DNA from: Octopus sinensis
Taxonomy: Eukaryota
DNA: 64,000 nucleotides
Assembly (NCBI RefSeq): GCF_006345805.1
Contig: NC_043002.1
Location: 117,056,001 to 117,120,000, forward strand
Direction of reading: 5' to 3'
Under the pieces are notes generated by a model. The model made no database searches. It was given only the letters and a program-made list of their open reading frames with translations, and was not told the DNA's origin. Within the stretch, counting starts at the first letter, position 1. Every line of letters starts with the position of its first letter. Shown one piece after another: positions 53,993-64,000 of this stretch. The position numbers were made by a program, and so were the translations under genes.

Positions 53993-54269
53993 GATATAGA
54001 TATAGATATGAACGTACTTATGTATGTATGTATGTATATATGTATGTGTGTATGTATGTATGTAAGTATGTATGTATGTATGTACATATGTATGTATGTA
54101 TGTATGTGTGTATGTATGTATGTGCTGTAAGCACAGGGCTAAAGTGGGGGTGGGGTAACAGTGAAATAGGATCGGTGATGATAATATTAAGAATTTTGAC
54201 AGTACCGAAAGTGTAGGGAATTAAAATAATAGCATAAAATGTAAGATGGTAATGGTAATGGTAGAAGAA

Positions 54270-55240
54270 CGTTAAAAGCAATAAAAATTAGAAAAAATAA
54301 AATAAGATGATATTGGTGGAAAATACAATAGTTAAAAGAAAAAAATAAAGTAAATATAGAAATTATAGAAATACAACTATAAATTAGAGGGATAAAAATA
54401 AAAATTATAAATAATTCTACAGCGTTAAAGTCTAGCGTTAAATGGTCGTAGGACGGGAGGCGGTAGAGAGAAGAATTTAAAAGTGTGTGATAGATTTAAC
54501 CAGGGAGGAAATAGAGAATTTGTGTGGCTGAGTGTAGCTAGGTAGTAATGTAGTTTATGGCAGAGGGAATAAAAACAGGCGAAAAAGGAGAAAGATAAGA
54601 ATGAAAGGATTGAGAAGAAAGCGAAGTAGAAGAAAATGAGAAAATAATTTAAGAAGGAGAAGTAAAATAAGTCAAACTGTTTAAGATGAAAAATACTGGA
54701 GTTGAGTATAAAGAAAACTATAAAGAAAAACGCCAAAGAAGAGGGTAGCATTGTGAGTATTTAGAGGTGATGTTAGAAAGAGGTGTGGGAGGATATATTG
54801 ATAGGAAAAGTAACTATATTTTCTCAGAATCGAGAGTGCCAGGGTAGTAGGAAGAAAGAGAGAGGTGTATGACTGGTTAAGAGCCACTGTTAAAGGTTAA
54901 ATGGTGAAATAGTATAAATAAATTGAAAACGTGGAGTGAAGTAATAGGTATGATTAGACCGGTTAGGAAAGAAGAGTCATGTAAGTTGTTAATTATGAAA
55001 GTGGGAAGTGTGGGGGGGATGATTGGGCAGTAGACTTCTTAGAGAGAAGGCAATGAATAAAACTGACATGACATAGAAGAGAGATGGGGTGGCAGGAGGA
55101 GGACCAGAAAAAGTAAACGACGTCAAATAAGAAAAAATTAAAACGTGACGATGAGGAAAATAGTCGAATGTGGAAAATAAAATATGGGCGAAAGAAAAAC
55201 ATGAATAAATAAAAATAATAAGCTAATTGTTTAAAAAACA
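54270..55240. other. ~1 kb purine-rich, C-poor tract (probably a decayed CT-rich retroelement on the minus strand)
   Basis: Strong A/G skew on + without a simple repeat unit. Confidence 0.45.
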
Positions 55241-56013
55241 TGATTGTGCGAAAATTAGTCCTACTTAGGAGAATAATTTAGAATTGTAAGATGCTAGTAG
55301 TGCTTGTACTTATTGATACTTTTATGGTTGTATGAAAGCAATCTTTTAAGGAGTTTAAAAGTTTGTTTTCGTATAACTGCAGCATAAAGGTGCCCAACCA
55401 CGTATGCACTATAAATATCAGACTATTTGTTCATCAGCTTTTCTGGAGACACGAAGTGTATAAACATTCTCTAATGAAAGTCTAATAAGAGTTGTAACTA
55501 GTCATATCGATTTCACTTCTGTCCACCGAGTTTTAAAAAACATATCTGAAGCTTGAAGAATGGAACAGTTAGTATGACATACAATGTGAGATTTTCCCAA
55601 AACGAAATTTCATAACGGAAGCAATAGTTCGTGCTAAAGAAAGGAATTTTGAACTCATTTCAGCTGTAATGTTTGAATTTCCAGGCTTACAGCCCAAATG
55701 TGTGCTGAAATAGAGGAACACTTCTCGGGCTTTGATGTTCATAATGACTATGCGGTTGACAGGTGTAAGTATTACTTGTGTACGAGTATGAAAGTATCTA
55801 TATGTGCTTTTATTTACCTTTATGCTTGAGTTAATATGTAAATACAATATAGGTTTATATACGACTAAATGTAACCAGTAACCATATGAATGCATGTGTG
55901 TGCATATGTAGATGCTCGTATAAATAAATGGATAGTAGGAAGGGACAAATATATACATGCATATGTATATATATATGCATTTGTATGTGTGTGTATGTAT
56001 GTATGTACATATT

Positions 56014-56051
<38 letters not shown>

Positions 56052-56074
56052 CGTGCGTGTATGTATAAGTATAG

Positions 56075-56144
<70 letters not shown>

Positions 56145-56913
56145 TTGTGTACATATATGTATGTGCTCGTACGTTTTTGTGCCTATGTTTGTCTCCGTCC
56201 ACCCCCGTTTTTACAATTTTTAGTTCCCGTTAACTATAAGTAGTCGATTTATTCGACTAAAACTCTCCAAAGCGGTAGTCCAGCATGGCCGCAGTACAAT
56301 GACTCGAGTAAAAGTTAAAAGATAATAAGTTGTTTTTTTCACTTAAGAAGACGGCTTCCCAACATATTGAAAATCATTTCGGAAACGTTGTCTAGACCTG
56401 GCCAGAACTATAGAATTTACAACCACCATACCAATTTATTTAATTTAACGAATGAGACACTACAACTGAATACTAACTGATATATGTAGATTTTTTTTTA
56501 TTCTTTCTTTAAGTGTTCAAAATGTAAAAGGTCAGCATAAGCAATATTGATGATTAGACGAAAAGATAAAAAAAAAAAGCCCAATACACATTTTATATAA
56601 CCAAAATAGAAAACCTTCGTATAACACTTACCACTCCTTCCAGAAACAAGAACAAAATAAGTATAAGAGCATTATAACAAAAAGCATGACTAAAAATTAA
56701 GATGCTTAAAATAAAATATCTTTGCTTATATAACACATTACCAACATAAAGCATAAAGTAAAAATGGCTTTGCCTAAAAGAAAATGCCCGGTAACAATTT
56801 TCAAGTAGATAACATAGAATAATCTTTATCTGCTAAAGTAGAACAACTTTTGAATGATACTTTTAAGATCACGTCCTTGTATGTAAAATTGACAAACTAT
56901 TACATAATAGATT

Positions 56914-56989
<76 letters not shown>

Positions 56990-57067
56990 TACATACATAA
57001 ACGTGTCCACATGCGGGCACACACACAAATACACATACATACATACATACATACATACATACATACA

Positions 57068-57100
<33 letters not shown>

Positions 57101-57107
57101 GTATGTG

Positions 57108-57396
57108 GGGGTGTATGGCTCAGTGGTCTGAGCGGTGGGCTCACAACCATGAGGTAGTGAATTCGATTCCTGGACTGGGCTGTGTGTTGTGTTTTGAGCG
57201 CGATATTTCATTTCACGTTACTCCAGTCCCTGGGACTAAGCAGTATCGACCTTTGTCTCTCCTTTGAATAACATCGGTGGCATTCGCGGCGGGAGGCTGG
57301 TATGCATGGGTGATTGCTGGTCTTCCATAGACAACCTTGCCAGAACTTGTACCTCGGAGGGGAACTTTCTAGTTTCAATCCTATGGTCATTCATGA
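57108..57396 (+). mobile_element. tRNA-derived SINE (family D)
   Basis: A box TGGCTCAGTGG at 57116-57126 and B-box-like AATTCGATTCC, followed by a non-tRNA body. Confidence 0.75.
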
Positions 57397-57462
57397 TAGA
57401 ATATATTTATTTATATATATATATATATATGTGTGTGTATGTGCGTGTGTTTGTGTGTGTGT

Positions 57463-57503
<41 letters not shown>

Positions 57504-59142
57504 CGATACATATATATAACGATACATATAAAGTACGATTTGTATTTATACATAAGTACATAAAGACATTCATAACTAAAACACGCGAAGACGCATATAA
57601 GCAGGCAAACGCATTTTCACACAGGATGATATTAAGAAAATGGTTTGAGGAGTAAGGAGAAATACATAAAGAGAATGGTTAGAGAAAGGAGAGGAGAATG
57701 CTTGTGATAAGAATTGGGTAAATGCAGGTAAGAAACTAGAGTATGTGCCTGTGTGCATACGTACAACCAACACAAACAAGGGCGTTTTCAAAAAGTGTTA
57801 AGCGTGGATATTCGGAGAAAGGAAGCCATTCCTTGATGCTAGAAAGAGAAGTGCTAAGAGGTTAAATGATAGAAATCTCAATATGTATCACGTGTATAAA
57901 AGTATCCCTGGACGCACTCTGTCCCAAACTACGCTTTTTATATCGAACTTTATCATGAGTTTAATGACGTCCCAAACATTTTTTCTCCTACTCTCGTAAA
58001 ATAACACCGCTTGATTCGTAGGAGGTTTTAGCACAATGCATTCTGTTGCAAACACTCGAAGATTTTTCGATCCCCTTCTCACCCATATTCTTATGCAGAC
58101 CTTGACTTGCATATATTCACGCTGTACATCGGCGTGTAAATCTCAGTAACCACAGAATTACAGATGAGAATTCGGAATATATTATTAAGATCGGTCCAAT
58201 AAATACGGTAAATATTTGTATGTCAGTTTCACCGGCAAATAGACGGCGGCCTGGTTTCATCGACGGTTATTCTTCTAATCCACTGGATAAAACTCAGCAT
58301 ATCAGAACGAACACGTTCAAAAAGATGGAGGTGTGCCGTGGTACTGGCTTCCAGTATTTTAGGCCGGATACACTGTTATCATTATTGGGTTTGACAATAT
58401 ATAAATTTCTCATAGCCAGAGTGATGCGTTGAAATACTTTAAGGTGTAGCTAATGAATTTTGTTGATAATAGAAGTTTTCATTATATTTAGGATAAAATT
58501 AATGGTGATAAGGACATAACGGAAAAATAGATTGATGAGCAATAGGGGAGAGCATTTGCTGATTGAGAATGGTAAGTTCGGGATACATCGGATAGAGGAA
58601 GTGCTCCTTCTCTAAAGTTCCCTGGTTTGCTTCCCGAACTTCTAGATTCGCCTTTTCCTCTAACCATTTTTCTTGCCGTCTTTATTTTTCCTTTTGCACT
58701 CTGAAACCAATCTACTACGTTCGGTTGTATATGTTTGATGAGTTGCGTCAGTGCGTGAAGGTAAAACCTTTTAAACACTACTTTCTCGCCACTTCCGGTT
58801 TTCGTTGTTTAACCCAGATCAATCCTGGTTGAGCAGGCCTTTGTCTAAGAGTATCCCGACTGTGATCACCATCAGGCACGAGGCATGCGGATATATATGT
58901 ACGCACATACACTGTGCCGCTGTAAGTATATAATATTCTTTAAAATTTCTACATTTTCTAGTCATTCTTTTCTCTTTTTATTTTTTTTTTTAGAATGTTT
59001 TCTACCAATGAATTTTACAAACTATCGTTTTATTAACACTTTTCGATTTCATAAAATAATCATTCAATATATACCTCATTTCTTCTTCGACTTCCTTTCT
59101 CATCACTGCTTAAAATCTTATTCAATATCGCATGTCATATTG

Positions 59143-59340
59143 CTTTCAAATTTTGGCACAAGACCAGCAAGTTTGGGTCAAGTCGACTGTATCAGTTCCA
59201 GGGCTCAACTTATTTTATTGACCACCAAAGGATGAAAAGCAAAGACGACTTTGGTGGAATTTGAACTCAAACGCAAAGACGGACGAAATGCTGCTAAGCA
59301 TTTAGCCTGGCATGTTAATGATTTTGCCAGCTCGCTTGCC
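59143..59340 (-). mobile_element. SINE family A, degraded
   Basis: aaattttggcacaagaccagc...ggaatttgaactc...ttgccagctcg. Confidence 0.8.
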
Positions 59341-60257
59341 TTCATTTTGTGTCTTATTGAATATTTTGCTGATGCAGACCGACATCAGTTTATTTGCTTT
59401 AGTTTTCTTGCAAAGACGTGGCTACGTATTCCATCCCTGAACACTACCTAAGGTCTTCTACTGATCACTGCTTTGAAGGGGAAACAATTTTTCAGGGAAA
59501 AACTGCTCATGCGTGTGTATCTGTGCGTGCGTTCGTGTGCAAATGTGTGTGTAGATTTGTATGTAGATGCTTATGTTTTGGCTAGTGTTTGTGTACGCAG
59601 TTATTAATCGGTGTATAAAATTTCAAGGGAAATAACTCTCTAAAATATACGGAAATAAAATAGAGTTGACGTAATTGATTATGTAGGAGTAAATATATGA
59701 ATAAAAAAAATACATGTTCTAAACATTTTGAAAAGCAACCAAAAGCAACCAGTGAAACATTACGAGCTGTTTATGAGTGAATAACAATAGCAAGTTTTGC
59801 AAATTTTCTAGAATGGCATTTATGTATAGTTTCATCAGCCTAGCGACCTCTTCAAAATCGACAGTTTTAGAGCAAAAACTATAACCACTTTGTATGAGAG
59901 CTACTGTATGCAAATAACTGCATACTCGTTGCTCATAGGGCACGACAGATAATGAGAAACCTGCAGGAGCTCAAAATGACCGTTGGTCACAAAATCCGGT
60001 ATCAAATTAGACGTTGGAAACATAAAAGTGCTATTTCAACCAATCGGTGTATCACAATTTATTGAGTTAATCTAAAAATTGTAGATGTAGAAGACTTTAT
60101 TTTCTGTCGGTAGATTATTGAAAAACGAGTGTATTGATGCTACACTGAGAAAGAGGATACTAAAAGCAGGTACAGATTCGGATGATTACGTCATTTAACA
60201 ATTAACGTGTTTCTACTGACCATCATATATATGTGTGTGTATACGTGTTTGTATATA

Positions 60258-60294
<37 letters not shown>

Positions 60295-62729
60295 ATATGG
60301 TGCTATTATCTTCATATTCAATATGATGGATGTGTGTGTTTGTGTGTATGACAGTGTGTATGTGCCTGTAATTATTCCAATATGATGGTATAATTCGCAT
60401 ATACACAACAAGATGGTGTTAATTAACAACTACCAGTATGAACTGATAACAACACTCAGAGAGCGATCAGAGAAGTTGGGAAGGGGTAACATGTTCGCGA
60501 TTTTGCACAGTAACAAATATATTGCAGAAATACACCAAGAAAGCATTAAATATAAAAATAAAATCGAAAATCAGCATGGTACAATTTGAAATTAAATTTA
60601 GTAAACTAATTAGCATAGTAAACGCTCAAATGGAATCCATCTCATTCTAGTACATAGAATAATTTAGCTCCGCAGACATTTAAGGTAGAATTTAAAAAAT
60701 AAACAAAGCAAATAAAACCCTTCCAACACATCAACTCTTGACTCAACACGCATGCGCATAGAATTGCAAAATGCTAGACCACATAATATAACAAAATCAT
60801 TACACCAAAATATTCTTCAGATAAATTCTTGAAATCCTACGTGATGCAGGTAACTTTGGGAACATTTCTACCACAGGGGCTGATAGTTTATTTACATACC
60901 TCTCGGTGATAGACACTATCAACATAATACTACATAATGTATAAAAATACTCAACACTAAAACCACCCACTACAGCTAGGAAGTTACCTAGAAGTTTTTC
61001 TTTTTTCTTTTTTACTTCTCTTTTTTTATCCTGCATCAGTGTAGTATGCTGCAGTTGTCCACAAAGCAGTTTATACATCCAAGAGTCCGAAGTTCGGGGC
61101 ACCTCACTCGCGCTAACATTTGCGTCTTTCTCCTGCCTGATGTTGTTCCCAAGTCCGCACCAAGTATGTTGATCACATATATAATATAACAGATACTGAC
61201 GAAAGGGTTGGTAGTTTTAAAGATGATCTAGAAAATAAGCTCCCTTCTTACATTCACAATCCACCATAGCTCTATTATATTTATAAATTCAGTCGGTAAC
61301 ACTACTCACCTTAAATATAAACTTCATAATAAAAAGAATAACATGTACTATACCTTTGTATACACTATAAATTAAAACAAATGACTTTACTTGCACATAG
61401 ATAATGAATGTTAACAAACATACAAAATATTCGTCGTGAAATTTCTTACACTAGCTTTTGAATATTCATCAACATAATCCTGGTAAGGAAATTCTAAATG
61501 TAATACAAATATAAGTTAACAACGGACACATTAATATATAAGTATACCACGCCAGAAAACAAGGCAAAAACAAATTCATCTGTACTTATATACACGACGC
61601 GCCAATATAATACTCACATGACGCATATGGAATAATGCAAGAACCAAATGCAAGTTAAATAAAATCTAATAAAACAGAACACATGTTACACAGGTCTAAC
61701 CAGAGACTCACATTTAGAATATATCACTAAAATACCAGAACAGAATACCTCATTAAACAAATTCACAAACCACCAAAAACTACATTTCAAAATACCAATA
61801 CAGATTTATAAATTTCAATGCAATCGATAAAACTGTAAACTTATGAATCAAATGCTACATTGGACATACATATACAATACCCTCTCGTCATTTGGACATG
61901 CATTTACAAGGAGTCATTGCAACAGACTACAATACATGCAACAAATATAGGATATATAAACAATATTTGATAGCACTAAAATTCTGTATAGTATTCCACA
62001 AAGATGAGATGCGTATCTGTGGAGTCTTAAATACACGCTAAAACGTAAGACACGTTTAACGAAATCAACTACGAAGTTTAACGAAAATAACTCCGTAAAC
62101 AACCACATTTATCTATGGAATATTATTAATACTTTGCATTGAAAAAACAAATTGAAGATAAAAACGACCAAGATTCTCATAATCCTTTGCGAGTTAATAA
62201 AATGTTTGCTTTTCCTGTAATTTTCCTGACAAACGACCTGGGATTTCCAATTTCAACTAGGGTTTGCTAATTATCTCATCACCTTAAATAAGACCGTTAG
62301 TATAAATTACAAGCACATGAAAGAATTCGTTGAACAACACATGCATGTGGCTTTTAATACAAGGGTACAATTTGAATCTAAATATCGTTATCCTTATCAA
62401 AGGGAACATGTTAAATAAAAGCAGCATTATACTTAATTTTAATATCGCAAATATGTCAGGAGACTATATCGGTAGAAAATCGTCTAGAAGCGTTGGTGAG
62501 AATGCTACATACACAATTCTGCCTCACAGAGCTTTGTCAGTGGTATGTATTCACTGGCAACTGCGTGCGTGCGTTCGTGTGTGTGTATGTTAGGAATTTT
62601 TTAAAGGTAAACTTCAAATACTGAAGTAGACATAATTGAAATTTTACATACAGGGTTGGAAAATATTATGGAAACACCATTTTTTAAGTACTTTTCCTTT
62701 TGTTGACATTTGATGAATTCGAAACTGTT

Positions 62730-62732
62730 CTA

Positions 62733-62794
<62 letters not shown>

Positions 62795-63030
62795 GCCTGT
62801 CTGTCTGTACCGTTGTGTCTGTGTTTGTCACCCATCACCGCTTGACAACCGGCACTGATGTGTTTACGTGCCCGTAACTTAGCGGTTCGGCAAAAGAAAC
62901 CGATAGAATAAGTACTAGCCTTACAAAGAATAAGACCTGGTGTCGATTTGTTCGACTAAACCCGCTTATGGTGATGCTCCAGCATGGTCGAAGTCAAATG
63001 ACTGAAATATGTAAAAGAATAAAGGAATAT
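62730..63030 (+). mobile_element. SINE family B, 3' half
   Basis: ccatcaccgcttgacaaccgg...gtaacttagcggttcggcaaaaga..ccgatagaataagtac...gctccagcatgg. Confidence 0.85.
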
Positions 63031-63059
63031 ATTTAAATAAATTGATATCTGTATCCTAT

Positions 63060-63880
63060 TTCATTTCCAAAAAGAACAAGTTTTTAGACCGTGGCTGGCT
63101 GGAGTGTCAACAATTAAAACTACGGAATTATCTAATGTTTAGAGAGGTGTAGTTTCTAAAATCATGTTGGCATTTCAAAACCAAAGTAGTACAATCAGTT
63201 CTGGCACGCATAATTCTGGGCGGAAGATAAAGCTCACAGAAAAGTGCCGCAGAACAGTGCAATGTACTATGCCAAAAAACAAACCATTGAATAACGGGAG
63301 CAAAAATGACTGCAGAACTAAATTATCGCCTAGCCAATTGTGTATCAAATGAAAACTGTTCGTCTTGAGCTCCATAAAACTGGATACTAAGGGCGGGCAA
63401 CAATTACTAGACCTCTTCTGTACACCGTCAACATTGATAGTCGGAAGAATGGGGACTAAACTATCAGAAGTGGTCAATAGCTCAATGTAATAATGTCAAC
63501 TCCGACGAATCATCGTTTACTCTTGTTTCCACTTTGGCAAGAGTTGATGTTTGGAGGTATTTCAAAAGAAAGCCTTTAGTCTTGACTTTTGACACCTACA
63601 GTGAAGCATAAAGGTGATTCTGTGGTGATTTGGACAACCATATCACGAAAGTCTCTGGCTTTTTTAGTAGATCTGCATGGCTGATTTAACGTCAAGGTTT
63701 ATCTGACTATTTTGGTTGGTCATGTCCATTCTACGGTACAAACATTATTGCTCGCTTGTAGTGCAATCTTCCAGGACGATAAAGCACCGATTCTCACGGT
63801 TAATATTTATGCAAAATTCGTAAGAAAAGTACAAAAATTAAGTAGTCCGCATAGATTGCACACACACTGCACTCACCGAA
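63060..63880 (+). pseudogene. Tc1/mariner-superfamily (Tc1-type) transposase relic
   Basis: Fragments VSKIMLAF..HNSGRKIKLT, KTVRLELHKTGY*GRA, NSDESSFTL, PTVKHKGDSVVIW and IFQDDKAPILT match Tc1 HTH and DDE-domain motifs (SDES, TVKHGGGSVMxW, FQQDNAPIH). Multiple stops and frameshifts. Confidence 0.85.
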
Positions 63881-64000
63881 TCTCAATGTAATCGAATATT
63901 TATGGCGCCTTTTGGAACAGCAAGAGAGGAGTCGCTTTTCTTCGCCATCGTCGTTAAAAGGGCGAAAGCAGATGCAGACGATTTTGAAAGAATTTATTTT

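Noticed and set aside
53590-57180. tRNA-like sequences at ~53600-53668 and 57110-57180 (also 4300-4363 and 17411-17480)
   Set aside because: They have A/B boxes but no complete cloverleaf or acceptor stem, and they run into repeat bodies, so they are SINE heads.

Overview
AT-rich, microsatellite- and transposon-dense animal genomic DNA. The SINE families and repeat landscape point to a coleoid cephalopod, most likely Octopus (inference from recalled repeat families; no search run). The only host gene I can support is on the minus strand: three spliceable exons (39236-39025, 37782-37673, 34856-34405) of a nicotinic acetylcholine receptor alpha-type subunit. They encode the extracellular domain, M1 and the M1-M2 linker. 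The linker reads PPESPAK, the anion-type motif, instead of the cationic GEK. I found neither a confident signal-peptide exon nor the M2-M4 exons, so the intron after 34405 may exceed 34 kb; it contains a ratchet-like acceptor-AG|GTAAGT site at 24890/24889. The rest is mostly decayed mobile DNA: about five RLE-type (R4/Dong/NeSL-like) non-LTR remnants, CR1/L2-like remnants, Penelope-like elements, one Tc1 transposase relic and many tRNA-derived SINEs. Four minimal hammerhead-ribozyme motifs from three repeat families are visible. Two of them form a ~550-bp fold-back around a tRNA-like head. No rRNA, bona fide tRNA or CRISPR array is supported.
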